In this document: piece by piece, positions 12,631 through 27,795 of the stretch | How positions within the stretch are numbered: the first letter of the stretch is position 1 | Layout: each line of letters begins with the position of its first letter | Source of the DNA: Octopus vulgaris | Taxonomy: Eukaryota | Reading direction: 5' to 3' | Length of the DNA: 64,000 nt | Assembly (NCBI GenBank): GCA_951406725.2 | Contig: OX597828.1 | Location: 11,904,001 to 11,968,000 of the forward strand | Program-made: the position numbers and the translations under genes | Notes under the pieces: generated by a model | Databases searched by the model: none | What the model was told of the DNA's origin: nothing | What the model saw: the letters and a program-made list of their open reading frames with translations, nothing else

Positions 12631-15143
12631 TGTGAAGCAGTGTACAAAAACGCAAATAGGAGGATTATATATTCAAATATAACCAAGGATACATACACAT
12701 ATACATACCCCCATTCGCATATACACATGCATGTGTTGTTTTTGATTCTGTGTGGGTTTCTGTCGGTGGGTGGAGATATATGTATATCTGGATATGTTTA
12801 TATGCAGATATCAAAATGTGGTTATCTATATGAACATATATTGTGCATTTGCGTGCATGTTTATGTATATCTGACCTAGATATATGTAAACATGTATTTC
12901 TTAGATACGTGATAATTAGAAATACTGGGAGTAAACTGTTGCAATTCTGTGTGTTTGCGTGTAGTTGTGTATGTGTGTGATTTAACGTATATGCCTTTGT
13001 GTATGTTTTAAAAGTAAAATTATCTTATGTAAAGGCTTTTCATGACTGGAGCATAAAGGAGTTTTATATAAAATATGCCTGACAGGTGAAGGTTACATCA
13101 TAGAGAATATTCAGTGAATGAAATTGTGATAAACTTTATTATCTCGCTGCCAGAAGATTTCTAGTGCATTTAAAGGCGACCAACTGTTGTGTAATGAAAG
13201 GTCACTGATAAGACGTACTAAGAAGCTACGTAGCTATTCTGTGAGAGAAGAAAAAAAACACAACAAATAACTCTATATTGCAATGTAAGAATGAGAAAAT
13301 GTACTTAGTTTGACAATTGTAGGCCTTTTATTTAAAGTAACTTTTATCGAACTGGAACACATTAGATGGAGTTTTGATTCATGGTTGTATAGAATGAAGC
13401 AAATCTTTATCACAAATGCATTTAAAATAAACTTTAATGCCTATAAAGTTGACGTATTCATTAGAAATTGTTCTGATATTGTCAAAAACATTCAACACAT
13501 TGAGATGTTTACTTCAGATGAAAAAGAATTTTATATGCTTCAGCTGTTGATGTTCTTGTTATTGCTGCTATTATTGTCGTGGTTGTTGTTGTTGGTGGTG
13601 GTGGTGTTGACGCAGCTACTGTTCTGGTTGTTGCTGTTGTTGACGTCGAAGTTACTGAAGCTGTATTATAATAGTTGTTGTTATTGCTTCTGTTACTGTT
13701 AAGGTAGTTGGTGTCGAAGAATCAATACAGCTATAAACCATTCCTTTCATACGACGATGTCACTAAGTGTTAATTCTTGTGCCTTGTTTAGAATACATAA
13801 AAAGGAAAGCAGAATAAAGAACTATAAACAGGTAGTGTATTATGTAGGCCGAAAAGTTAAAGTTAAGAAATAAATACTTCTGAATGCTGAAGAACAGCAG
13901 CTCTTTGACTAAGTACAGCTGACCAAATTTCTCTGTAAGCTAAACCAAAAACCTAGAGGTTTACGAGAAACTTGATATGGGTGTATTTATGTGCCTAATG
14001 AACCTTTTAGAAATAGTGGCCAACCCTCCCTCAAATGACTTCCTACTCCCTCAAACACACATAAAAAACCAAACAAACACGACATAAGATGGAAACAGCA
14101 CATAAGACACTGTGATCCTGAGTGTAAAAGGAAGGGTACGATTGGAACGTCTTCGATTATAGATTTAGCTATTCAGAAGGAGCCGACCAGGGACGAAAAG
14201 AAGCGAAAGCAACATAAAGAGGCGTAAGAACTAATGGAAGAAATTTCACATAGAAGTCTCACTGACTAGAAAGAACAACCAAATCTCTCCCAAATCACAC
14301 CTGCCGTCGTTTAAAAAAAGCAGGACACATTACGTCATATAATACTAGAAAACGTTCAACAGATGGGATGGCCTTGAAGTTTTATCTTTTAATCAGGGGT
14401 AACGCAGTGCTTATGACCAATTACAGAGTCTTCGACGTTACTGGGTGGAGGAATTTATTCTCAGACGAGAAGTCACCCAAACTGGTTTTAATGATGGATA
14501 AAGCCCACCACCCTAGAGGGCTTTGGCGAGATTTGAAATCAGAACGCTAAGAACCGAATCAAATACCACAAGGAATTCAGTCCGATGTTCTTATTGTTCC
14601 TTCTACCCTGGTTGGTACTTCTTTATTGACTTGGATAAATTGAAAAGGCAAAGGTGACTTCAGGAAGATTTGAACTCAGAGCGCAAAGTGTCGAGAGAGC
14701 ACTACCAACACAACGCTTTTCCTAACCCCAGTATCGAAAGTCTCTGATGTTTGATTTGATCGATCAACTCTAATCAGGGTTGCACTAAATAACCGCAAGT
14801 ATGCACACGGAAATACACCGGAAAAGATACGCAATACATGATTAGATTGTCACCATGGATGTCGATAAGTCATAATTCGTCGCTGAATATTCAAACAGAA
14901 CAGTTTCCCCCGCACCCCCGTTTAGGTCAAGGTATGGCATATCAGAAGCAGCAGTTCTATGCTTAGCACAATTTCGATGTTTGATTTATTTTTGCAACAT
15001 AACTGCTTGATTAACCCGGCATGAAATGTTCTAGTGCAGGGCGCTGAACGCCCATAAATGCATGCATTACATTTCTATGTGTTAACACACACACACACTA
15101 CACATGCGCGCACGCATGAACACACATATATATTCAATATATA

Positions 15144-16427
15144 CGAGGGGCGTTCAATAAGTAATGCATCTGACCCACTTCCCATAGCAGTAGAGCAACG
15201 AAACTTGGAACAGTTATTAGTCTTTTTCTACATAGCAACCACCCAGAGTTACGCATTTCTCCCATCGTTTGATGCAGCTCTGCAGACCATTTTTGTAGAA
15301 GACGCCTGCTTGGTCCTCCAACCACGACGTGACTTCAGAAATCAAGGCTGCATCATCTGGGAAACGCTTTCCTTTCAAAAACAACTTCATGGCTGGGAAG
15401 AGGTGAAAATTAGAAGGTGCAACATCAGGAGCGTAGGGGGGATGGGGGAGGAGTTCATAGCCGTACGCCTGTGCTTCTGATATGGCGACACGCGAGTTGT
15501 GGACCGGAGCGTTGTCTTGCAGGAGGAGAATGCCTTTGCTGATCTTGCTCCGCCTCTTGATTTTGATAGCTTCTCTTAATTTCCTCAAAAGTGAAGCATG
15601 ATAGGCTCCTGTAATTGTGGTACCCTTTGCCAGGAAATCTGTCTTCTCTACTCCGTCCTGGTCCCAGAAGACTGGGAGTATGACCTTGCCAGCGGAGGGC
15701 TGCACCCTTGCCTTCTTTGGAGGAGGTGAGTCACGGTGCTTCCACTGCATTGACTGGGCTTTGGTCTCTGGATCATCACGATGGACCCAGGTTTCATCCT
15801 GTGTAATCAGTCTTTTGAAAAATTTTGACTCATCTTCTTGACACATCTCCAAGTTCATCCTCGAGCACTCGACGCGTTCTTGCTTCTGGAAAGGTGTGAG
15901 CAATCCATCAGGCAGACACCTTTTGTATATGCAAATGGTCATGAATGATAGTTTCCACAGACCCGGTACTAATCTTGACCTCATGGGCTATTTGGCGAAT
16001 AGTTATGCGTCGATTTCCCAAAATGGCAGCCTCAACTTGACGGACAGATGCCTCATCAATGGCAGAAGGGGGGCGACCAGATCTGGGAGCTGTTTCCACA
16101 GAGTTTCGACCATGTTTGAATTCACGATGCCAGCGTTTTACAAGGTCATATGATGGGGCATCATCACCATAAGTTACTTTCATTTCATCAAAAGTATCCC
16201 GTGGTGTGCGTCCTTTCAAATACAAAAACCTAATCACTGCTCGAGACTCAACAGGCTCCACTTCACACTTGACTCAGTTCAAACACCTGTAAATCAGAAA
16301 CCACAATTAGTTCAGAGCTGTAATTTGCGACGTAATCTATAGAAATATAAATAATTGCACATGCAAAATTTCAGCTAGATCAAACAACTGCAAGTGTGTC
16401 AGGGGCATTACATATTGAACGTCCCTC

Positions 16428-16428
<1 letters not shown>
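15144..16428 (-). mobile_element. Full-length mariner transposon (irritans-like), defective
   Basis: TIRs CGAGGGGCGTTCAATAAGTAATGC / GCATTACATATTGAACGTCCCTCG, TA flanks, 1285 bp. Confidence 0.95.
15217..16261 (-). pseudogene. Mariner DD34D transposase, frameshifted near 15910, third catalytic D changed to N
   Basis: RSGRP, QDETW, QDNA and HPPYAPDVAPSNFHLF across two ORFs. Confidence 0.92.
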
Positions 16429-16473
<45 letters not shown>

Positions 16474-16769
16474 TCGGGGTGAGTACTTGATAATTGTAAG
16501 CACCTAGAGAAGAACGAGATGGACGCTTCATTTTTATGCTGTTGCCGCATTATGTCGTACGCGAATGAGAGGATTTGCATCCCCAACCAAGAATTTTTGA
16601 TGTAATACATGTCCTTGTGGAAGTTGTTGTGCGCGGCTGAAGAAGGCCACAGACATACATTATGCATTGTTATAAATCCGTCTAATAAAGGCCCGAAACA
16701 TATGTACCGCTGAATCCTTGGCATCATGTTTTTATTTTGATTAATTTATATATATATATATATATATAT

Positions 16770-16955
16770 AGGGGAGAATTCACGAAAAAAGAAAAGACGA
16801 AACAAGTGGTGTAGAAAACAAATAGATGTATTAATATAACGGTCGGGAATTGAAAAGGTATTTTACGTTTCGAGCTTACGCTCTTCCACAGAAAAGACCA
16901 CAGAAAAAAACAAGGAGAGAGAAAAAAAGTGTGTAGTGGCTACCGATCTATCATG
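16770..16955 (-). mobile_element. PLE terminal-repeat fragment with hammerhead-like motif
   Basis: Minus strand CTGTGGA-AGAGC-GTAA-GCTC-GAAAC-GTA (16864-16891); homologous to 9560-9740. Confidence 0.65.
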
Positions 16956-16965
16956 GCGACATACA

Positions 16966-17054
<89 letters not shown>

Positions 17055-17142
17055 GTATATATGTATGTATGAATGAATGGATGGATGTATGCACATTTAT
17101 CATATATCTCCTCAATGCACAATTCATTATATATTATGTACA

Positions 17143-17312
17143 TAATGCGAAGAGCTGGCAGAAACGTTAGCACCTTAAAATTCCGCCGTGGTTTACTTTG
17201 CCTTCCATCCTTTCGGTGTCAATAGATACCAGCTGCGTACTGGGGTCGATCTAATCTAATGGACTTCTCCCGCACCCCCAAATTTCAGGTCTTGTGCCTA
17301 GAGTAGAAAGAT
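17143..17312 (+). mobile_element. SINE A, internally deleted
   Basis: GAGCTGGCAGAAACGTTAGCA head and core. Confidence 0.7.
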
Positions 17313-17409
17313 TAGATATTATTATATACGTACACGCACCCGCACACACACACACACACACACACACATTCTCTCACACACACATTCACATTTATACGTG
17401 TTGATATGC

Positions 17410-17440
<31 letters not shown>

Positions 17441-17728
17441 TGAGTATGCCTATGTGTGTTTACAAATTCTTAAACGCCATGTTATCAAATCCCAACCTTA
17501 TCAGCTCAAAAATCTACTTCTCTCGTCGGAATCAACTTTCGAAAAACATAACTTTACATCTAATATCTTCTTATCTTTTAGATATTATTTTCTAATGACG
17601 TGTTTCCTACCAAATTACCATCATATTACTTCACAAAACATGCTGAATAATTAAAATCCTCTGAAGACAACATTGTTTCATTGATATGTTCCATAAATAT
17701 ACACCATTGGTTTGACTTTGTGATATCA

Positions 17729-17870
<142 letters not shown>

Positions 17871-18420
17871 GCCCTGATGCAGTACCAGGCAGTGGCTCTC
17901 ATGGCTTCTGATCTTAACTGATTGCAAGTGTTATCATGTACATTGTTTTGTCTTGGTATCAAAGATGGGCTACAGCAAATATTCTGCTCAATACCACAAA
18001 TTTGCTTGTCAGTTGTTTAACCTTAACCAGTTGAGCATGTCCCTTAGTGGCTGACGATATGTGCATCTCTGATCACGAGCAGAAGTAGTGGAGGAGCATC
18101 ATAGTCATGTGTTGAGAGGGATTCTTTCGGGTTTGAATAATTCACCTCTGGAAACAGGGGTGTTTCGTTCAACATCCTTAAACAACCCTTATTCAGGGAC
18201 CTTTTGGGATGGGCTACTCAACCAGAAGAAAATTCTAACTGGGCCCCACCTGCAAGGTCACGTGCTGTTTATCTTAATATGAGATCATCATGTCGCGCAC
18301 ATATGGTTGTGATGCATGTGCCTAGTGTACCCTTATCAGACGGGTAGTCATGATGGGTATACTGGGCTTCGTATATTTTACCCCAGTGTCACTTTGATGG
18401 CATGCACTGCTCTCTCAGTC

Positions 18421-18426
18421 AATAAT

Positions 18427-18503
<77 letters not shown>

Positions 18504-18737
18504 TAATAATAATAAGAAGTAGAAGGAGGAGGAGGAGGAGGGGGAGCAGCAGCAGCAGGAGGAGGAAGAAGAAGAAGAAGAAGAAGAAGAAGAAGAAGAA
18601 GAAGATGATGAAGAAGAAGATGAAGAAGAAGAAGAAGAAGAAGAAGAAGAAGAAGAAGAAGAAGAAGAAGAAGAAGAAGAAGAAGAGAAGAAGAAGAAGA
18701 AGAAGAAGAAGAAGAAGAAGAAGAAGAAGAAGAAGAA
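18421..18737. repeat. (AAT)n(GGA)n(GAA)n microsatellite
   Basis: Direct reading. Confidence 0.95.
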
Positions 18738-19389
18738 TGTTGTGGTGAAAGTCATTGACACCCCTGGCGGGTTGGAGAATGGACTAGCCGAACTCTTGTA
18801 AAGAGTAGAGCTTGGTAGTAGTCGGAGAGAGCATTTTGGTAGTTTGTGGTTGTTCAGCTGCCTTGTTGGATTTGTTTGGTACACACGTGTTTTCACCTGT
18901 CCTGGTGGAGTGGCGTTTTCCTCATGCATAATGGAGACGCGTCGCGCGAGAAGTTGGGATAAGTTGCGGTATTCTTCCCTAGAACGTGATTCATCTGAGG
19001 AGGAATTAGATGAATACTTGAACAAGATGGACAAGGAAATGGAGAAGAGGAATCATGCAGCGGCGGCTAGACAAACAATTGAAGAAATCAATCTGGAAGA
19101 GTTGAGTGAGTTCAAGGAAATACTTGAAAGGGAGGGGAACGATGTGAAGGCGTCCCTCCCACTAAAAATAGTATTAAAGGACAAGGAAGAAATTACAATT
19201 GTATACAGAAATTAAGCCACAGCAGCTAGGAAAATAGAAGTGGCGTCGGAATGTGAAGAAGGTACTGAGGTCAGTCTGGCAGGAGAAAGCATGCCTTGCC
19301 AGGAGTCGAAAATATGGAACGGTGGAGGGAGAGGAATGCAGCAACTGTACTTGCATTATAAAATCAAAATTGCTAGCAAGTAATACAAC

Positions 19390-19600
19390 TACCACTCTGA
19401 CGCTGCAACTGAGGGAGAAAATGTAACTATTCTTTGGGACTTCTCAGTATGTACAGACCGGATTATGAAAGCAAATAAACCAGATATTGTTGTGAAAGAC
19501 AAAAACAATAAAGTATGTTTATTGATTGACATGAGAATAACATGTGACCATAATATCTCGGCTAAAGAATTTGATAAGCTTAGCAAATATAAAGATCTAT
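19390..19600 (+). pseudogene. Restriction-like endonuclease fragment of an R4/Dong-type non-LTR element
   Basis: ENVTILWDFSVCTDRIMKANKPDIVVKDKNNKVCLLIDM...KEFDKLSKYKDL (PD..D..K..KY motif). Confidence 0.8.
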
Positions 19601-21251
19601 CAGTAGCCTTGAGAATTCTGGTTGTCCAACAATTAGGACGCAGACGGCTTCTGGCCTTGAAGATATAACGTTCGACGCTGCTCACATCCACTATCACCGA
19701 CTTATCACACGGGTCCATATCCTTCCGAAATTACACAGCCACTCCACCTCTCCATCCTTGTTAGCATCGCGATGCGTACACCTCGTGGACAGTGAAAATG
19801 GGTCTGAATGCTCGTAGATTGGAAATTTGGGTGTCGCTGATAACTACCACATACATATCTGGTAACATAAGATCCCTGACTGAGTGCTCTTCCATGGTTA
19901 TCTCAGGCCACATCGGAATACTTTCTGGTTCGCAAATGAGCCAGGATAAAAGTTTTCCTCTTGGTGACTAAGAAAGATCTGCTTATTTACACATCTTCTC
20001 AAAATGAGTTCTCTTTCATCACTGCACTGTTATTGATATACCTAACTAACGTAACAAGTTGACTACAACAGGAAACTTTAGCTTACTCAGATGTCAGACT
20101 TGATGAGATCTACAAATATATGAGGTTTCTTGGATGTAGCCATTTTAAACGTCACATAGTATAAAACAAGAGAAGAGGCAATTTTCAACAGAAACAAAAC
20201 TTAATTTTTCTTGAAATAAAATAAAATTTGATTTTTAATGACCCTCATTAATGTCCTTCAACCGAGGACCTGCCAAGCTTGTTCTAAAATACTTGAGTAG
20301 TTTTGTTGACTTCAGAAATAAGTTGAAAATATAGCGCTCCAACAAATATGCTCCGGTTTTGCATACCGATATTCTCCCTTCTACAAATGAAACTAAATCA
20401 TCTTAATTATTCCATAGACCACCTCGTTTTGTGATATGATGAAAGTGTAACCTGCGAAAGAGAAGAGGCAAAATATGAATCAATTTACATTTATGTATTT
20501 GCTTTACAAGATTCTTGATGGGAAAATGTGTGTTGAAACTAATATTGTTACACGTGGGGTGGTCATTTGTAGCCAATGAAACACACGCGCTATTTACTCC
20601 TTTTATCTTTTATTCGTATTATTCTTAGTTCATAAGTTTATCAAAGTTCTTTCGTCATACAATCTGTGACCTTTGAAGTGACTCTCTGTCCCATGTGTAT
20701 CCTCTTGTCCTGCTTATTCTATTTTGTCCTTAATTTACCTACTCAGAAAGCCCATTTTGATAAACGGTGTGTCCAAACAATCCAAACAAACAAAAATTAA
20801 TAAAATCCGAATTATATGTATTAGAATATAGGATAGGAGGTCAAAATTCTCATTCAACGTATGTGAGTTCAAATACATATATCCTCCCATATTGTCTCTC
20901 AGTGCATTACACGCACAAATTTCATGGCAAATGGCCTAGTTTGTCTATGGCCTTATAGATTAAATTTTGCCATATAAAACGGCAAACAACTAGCAAGTCT
21001 TCCTGACTATAGTACAGAAGATAGGCCTATTCAACCATTAGGCTGACTTGGGCTAGTTACAGCCGTCCGATAAGATGTTACGATTTGCCTCCCCAGTTAT
21101 TCACGCAGTCTTATTCTCTCTCAGTCTTTCTCTCTCTCTCTCTCCCCTCTCTCTTTCTCTATCTCTTTCTCTCTGTCTCTTTCTATCTCTATCTTTCTCG
21201 CTCCCTCACTTTCTCTTTCTCTCTCTCTCCCACACACATACACATATACAC

Positions 21252-21284
<33 letters not shown>

Positions 21285-22068
21285 TATATACACTATCTAT
21301 CTTAAACACATACGCACTCTCTCTCTCTCTCTCTCTCTTTCACTCTCTGTTCTTAACATTAAGATACAATGGGCATTCAGACCCATACAATTAATGTGTA
21401 CATCATAGAGTGAAATATACGCGCCAACACATAATCTCTTATTCATACAATCATAAATTATACATTCGTTCTATACTTCAAAAAGCTATGCTCTCTGTAA
21501 CGCAGTCGACGTGTTCAGATTTTTTAACGGTACCGAATGGGGAGCGTTGCTTACTATACAGACCATTTTCATTCGTTTCTATTTTATTCTTCCTTCATTT
21601 ATTATTTCAAACTTACAACTGCATTAGGAATTCTAAATTCGTAGAATTTAGAGATCTAACAGGATACAAAAAAAATCATAAACTAATTTTGTTTGTATCT
21701 TAATGAAGACAAAAATCTACCGAAAAATGTCTTCCGCTTTGTTATATAGTTGTTTAAATAATGCATGCAAATTTATTCAAGAACAGAATTTAGATTGCAA
21801 TCATCGTTTTGTGGGGCACTGTTTTGCATCTGTTGATTCTACTTTTTAGTTATAGGTATATAAAACCTTAAAGAAAATAAAACAAGAAAGTTTCTATATT
21901 CGACTTTGCAACGAAAAATTAAATTTCTTTCCAATCTATGAAATATCAGGAGTTGTTTCATCCCTAATTATTATCTTCAGCTACAAAGCTAGTCAAATAT
22001 GTATATTTAAGTGGTTGAGAATTTCGACATCCACTCGATAAATGCCACTAACATTATCTATACAACGA

Positions 22069-23337
22069 CAGGGGCTGGACAAAATAAAGGAAACACCTTA
22101 AAATAATTTGAAACCAATTTTTTTTAAATATAAAGTAAGGACCGTCTTTGGCAGTAATTACACCTTGAATTCTGCGATGTATGGACTCGTACAAAGCTTG
22201 AATTGTTTCCAAAGGAATTTTTGTCCATTCTTCAACGAAAACAGTCTCCAGTTGTTGTAGTGATGATGGGGAAAGATATAAACTTCTTACTTGTTTTTCT
22301 AAAATGCACCATAAATGATCAATAAAATTGAGATCTGGGGCTGTGGTGGCAAGATAAAATGTTCAATTTCACTAGAATATTCCTCGTGCCATTCAGTAAC
22401 AACTTTAGCTGTGTAAATTGGTGCATTATCATCCTGAAGGATTGCGTTTCCCTCCGGAAATAGTTCTACAATCATAGGATAGATTTGATTAGATAAAATG
22501 CATAGTCTTGACTATTAATTCTGCTATGAAGGGAAACCATTAGACCGGCGGATTTCCAAGATATACACCCTCACCTAGATCATCACAGATCCTCATCCAT
22601 GTTTAACAGTTGAAAGAAGGCAGTCTAGGTCAAATGTTTTGTTTTGTTTTTTTGCTGTTTCCACACGTATACTCGGCCGGTGGTTGAAAATAAGGTAAAG
22701 GATGACTCGTCCGAGAAAATAACATTCTTCCACTGCTCTGGGATTCAATTCTGTAGGTTTTTACTTCACTCTACACGCTTTGCAATATTTGTTTTTGAAA
22801 GTAGTGGTTTTCTGATCGCATCCCTCCCGTGAAATCCGGCTTTGTGCAGCTCCCAGCGAACAGTTTTGTGGAAACTGGGTTCTCGAGGTGGTTATTTAGC
22901 TCTGCAGTAATTTTAGGAACTGTACTTTTGTGATCCTTTCTAACAATTCGGGTAAGATTCCGACGGTCCCCATCTGAAAGTTTTGGTTATCTTCCGGAGT
23001 TTTGTTTCAACGAGGAGGTTTTTCCCTCTTTCTTAAAGGCTGCCATTACTTTCAAGACAGTATTTCTTGATACACCAAACATTTCGCTAGCGCCTGCCAT
23101 ACGTGCACCAGCAATTTGACCTCTTTGAAAGTCCGATAGATCTGTAATTTTAATGAATTTTAATTACATTTGTCTGATGATATCAGAAAAAAAGCAGCAA
23201 CTTTAGCAAAATATATTAAGTAACACTAAGAATAAATGAAAAAACATAAAAATAAACAAGCTTTTGACGGTTTTATAGATATTTCAAAATTATGACGCTA
23301 AGCTGCTAGGTATTTCCATTATTTTGTCCAACCCCTG
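22069..23337 (-). mobile_element. Tc1-like transposon with degenerate transposase
   Basis: TIRs CAGGGGCTGGACAAAATAAAGGAAACACCT / AGGTATTTCCATTATTTTGTCCAACCCCTG; minus frames DLSDFQRGQI, RKPLLSKTN, FSDESSF, QDDNAPI and PDLNFIDHLW with stops and frameshifts. Confidence 0.9.
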
Positions 23338-23376
23338 TATATGAAAATGAAATGTCGCCTAGAGCATAATCTGGAT

Positions 23377-23420
<44 letters not shown>

Positions 23421-23659
23421 TGCAGCTGCGTCAATGACGTTACAATCTGCCAGCGCTTTATGACTGCTCATAATGATCAAATTAACATTACCAACACAAT
23501 TTCTTTTACTTTTTCTTTATTCTTTTTTATTTTCCTAACAAGTTGTCTCCCTCGTGTGGGTATTCTTCAATGTTTACTCACCTGTCTCAACATCCGTTTT
23601 GTCTTGATTTTATTTTGTTTTTGCCAAAATGCGAAAATCTATTCTTCATTTAAATTTTG

Positions 23660-24172
<513 letters not shown>

Positions 24173-24568
24173 TATTCTCCTGCTTGTTTATTTTTTAAAA
24201 CATCTTTTAACCACGCGAGACTTCAACATGCGAATGCGAATGCGACCAATGATATCACCATATTACGAAACACAAAAATTTAAATGGTTGGGCTCCAGAT
24301 GAAAACACATTCTAAAAAATGTCGAGATGGACCTTTCGATCATCTGGAACTGTTTGGGAAAACTTTAGTCTGGGCACAGAGCTGTCCGTAAGTAATCTAG
24401 AACAAACAGGAATCAAAATTAAAACCACGTTACATTATTTAGTCCAAATACAATATTCTTTGGAAGCGGGTGATTGCGGCGGCGTGGATTCTCACTGTGA
24501 TATCCAATGCTACAGTAGCTTTTGCTACTCCTAAACATTTTACCCGGCACTATAACCATTCTGCCAGA

Positions 24569-24569
<1 letters not shown>

Positions 24570-24602
<33 letters not shown>

Positions 24603-24693
24603 GGTGATCGTCGTCGTCATCTTCGTGGTAGTAGTACTAATAGTAGTAGTAGTAGTGTTGGTGGTGGTGGTCGTCGTCGTCGTCGTCGTCGTG

Positions 24694-24725
<32 letters not shown>

Positions 24726-24804
24726 GGTGGTGGTGGTGGTCGTCGTCGTCGTGGTCGTCGTTGTCGTGGTAGTAGTGTTGGTGGTGGTGGTGGTCGTCGT
24801 CGTG

Positions 24805-24853
<49 letters not shown>

Positions 24854-24880
24854 CAGCAGCAGCAACAACAACAACGACAA
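24570..24880. repeat. Compound (GTA)/(GTG)/(GTC) trinucleotide array
   Basis: Direct reading. Confidence 0.95.
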
Positions 24881-25776
24881 CACTCTTTCCAATTTAGACG
24901 CCAACTATGGAATGATTGGTGCAATTAGTACCAGAACTTGAACAGTACTTCATTTTACCAACCTTAGAAAGAAGAAAAAAGAAAACCTGGATTCGAACCA
25001 AGAATGTAAAGGACCGTGAATTAATGTCTTCAAATCTTTTTGTCCGATGCTCTAACAGTTAATCGAATCCGGACAAGAAAACTCCAAAAATAGTGATTGC
25101 ATTTAGAATGCGATACCAAAACACCGAGAAGAGAAATATATTTTTCCTATGAATACAGAAATTTAGGACTAAACTTGAAATGTCTTCTAAAATTGCCATC
25201 GTAGGAATATAAATCTATTAAGCAAAGTATAGCCGAAAACAGCACAAATACCTAATAAATATGAAACCAGGAGAAAAAAAACTAATAATTGCGTGTTTGT
25301 CTTTTTGTCATAAAGAGCGCCGTCAAATAACAACATAGCGGCTAAAGTAACAGACAGTTATGCGGAAAAGAAGACAAAAGAAAAGAAAATTGTTTTTGAA
25401 ACTTCTGTAAGCTAAGATAGTCTTTATCTTTCAGTTAGGCAGAAACACTGTCTCATGACCCTTTGCTTGGTCTCCGAGAATGGTACGAGGAAGACAGGAA
25501 GCATGTTCATGTCTAAGTATTGTGCCACGTATTAACAATGAATTCTCTTTTCTCTTTTCTCTTTTACTTGTTTCAGTCATTGGACTGCGGCCATGCTGGA
25601 GCACCGCCATTAATCGAGCAACTCGACCCCGGGACTTATTCTTTGTAAGCCCAGTACTTATTCTATCGGTCAGGTATGTTTAGGTATCTTATTTTTTTTA
25701 CCGCTTATAATAATTTAATATCAGCTTAGCAGGTCTTAACACCAAAACGATCAGCAAATTATTTGTTTCGTATAAT

Positions 25777-26011
25777 CTTATTTCTTTATTGGCCACAAGG
25801 GGCTAAACATAGAGGGGACAGACAAGGACGGACAAACGGATTAAGTCGATTACATCGACTCCAATGCGTAACTGGTACTTAATTTATTGACCCCGAAAAG
25901 ATGAAAGGCAAAGTCGACCTCGGCGGAATTTGAACTCAGAACGTAACGGCAGACGAAATACGGCTACGCATTTCGCCCGGCATGCTAACGATTCTGCCAG
26001 CTCGCCGCCTT
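25777..26011 (-). mobile_element. Full-length SINE A
   Basis: Near-identical to 934-1170. Confidence 0.88.
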
Positions 26012-26449
26012 ATTCCGTATATTGTATAAATAAGAACATCTCTTATCTATCTTGATAGATCTGGTGGGAGGGGTTCCCACACTTAAGAGGCAAAATCATG
26101 TCGAAACTACATGATTGAGAGAGAGTCCATCACGCCATCCAAGTATGTGATGTGTATTGTCATCACACGTCGCTTACAAGGAGAGGTGTGCAGCATGTGT
26201 GTGTGTGTGTGTGTGCAGAAGGTGAGATGGAAAGATAAGTGTGTTTGTGTGTTTTTATGTCGGCAAAGAATACAAGAATACAAACATCAAAAAGACAACT
26301 GAAAACGATTTTTTCCCAAACGAATTTCATATTTGTTCTAAACATGCTAATGGACAGCACTTTTCACTCCAGTCGTTAGAAGTGAAGTCATGAGGTCAGT
26401 TAGGAACCGCTCCATCGGAAAACTGTATTCGATGACAACATATTTTATC

Positions 26450-26647
26450 TATTATCCGTATTTGTTTCAGTCATTAGACTACGGCCATGCCGAGGCACCG
26501 CCTTGAATAATTTTTTGTCAAATGAATTTTTCTCTCTTGAAGCTGATAATTATTCTATCATCCGTTTTACCGAACCACTAAGTTACACTGACATAAACAC
26601 ACCGGCATTGGTTGTCAATTGGGGATGGGTAACAACAAACACACACG

Positions 26648-26736
<89 letters not shown>

Positions 26737-26741
26737 GTATG

Positions 26742-26792
<51 letters not shown>

Positions 26793-26824
26793 GTATGTAT
26801 ATATATATGCATATGTATATATGC

Positions 26825-26882
<58 letters not shown>

Positions 26883-27091
26883 CTGTGTGCCCGCGTGTGT
26901 ACCGTTGGCGATTTTTTTCCTCCGTCTTCTCTTCTTTGGATCTTTCCTTTTCCTATGTTTCTGACGAAGAGCTCCGCTCGAAACGTTGAACCCTCCTTCT
27001 TTCCTTCTTTTCTGAGCGTCCCATAATACTATACTTGTTCCACGTCCTCGCGTTGTTGTGTTTCCTCTTTGTGTTTTCATGTTTGGATTAA

Positions 27092-27144
<53 letters not shown>

Positions 27145-27235
27145 AAGGCCTAAGTCGGCCCGAGGCTAGAATAGAAAATACTTGCCCAAGTGTAACACGG
27201 TGGGAGTGAATCTGTAACCATGTGGTTAGGAAACA
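26450..27235 (-). mobile_element. Old SINE B interrupted inside its (TA)n tract
   Basis: 3' half at 26450-26640; 5' half resumes at 27141 (CACAAGGCC..TCGGCCCGAGGCTA). Confidence 0.7.
26957..26991 (+). ncRNA. Minimal type I hammerhead ribozyme motif within PLE terminal repeat 26880-27095
   Basis: GTTT-CTGACGA-AGAGC-TCC-GCTC-GAAAC-GTT-GAAC: core boxes, stem II GAGC/GCTC, stem I GTTT/GAAC. Confidence 0.65.
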
Positions 27236-27432
27236 GAGTCAAATGATAAATGAAATAATGTAGCATCAGCTAAACTTACAAATATTCCAGACGGCATTTG
27301 GAGCAGGACTTTTCTCTAGATTAACATATTCACACACCAACACATTATAATTGCTGTTTTATTGTAGTAGTTTTCTTTCTTACCCCCTTCTCTCCTTCTC
27401 TCTCCCTAACTCTCCGTCTCTCTTTCTCATTT

Positions 27433-27467
<35 letters not shown>

Positions 27468-27690
27468 CAGTTTTCCTCACGTTCTCTTACTTATATCACT
27501 GCTAGAACATCTACTATAATTCCGCAAGTAATTGCATTTCCCATTCCCAGAAGCGTACCACGTGTACCCACCTTCTGTCATTTCATCACCTCGACTTACA
27601 CTTACACCTATCTCTCTGCCAAAAACTGTGTCTCTTCTCTATAGAATGCTATACATATTTATATATATATGTATATATACATATATGTAT

Positions 27691-27795
<105 letters not shown>

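Noticed and set aside
11104-12879. Many ORFs rich in YI/CV/HT/MYVC (also at 26503, 29619, 33731, 44468 and 51656)
   Set aside because: These are translations of TA/TG/CATA microsatellites
13310-13702. 130-aa hydrophobic ORF
   Set aside because: The Leu/Val run comes from a decayed GTT repeat; no domain recognised
24522-24941. Ser/Gly/Arg-rich ORFs
   Set aside because: A pure compound trinucleotide repeat that is open in several frames
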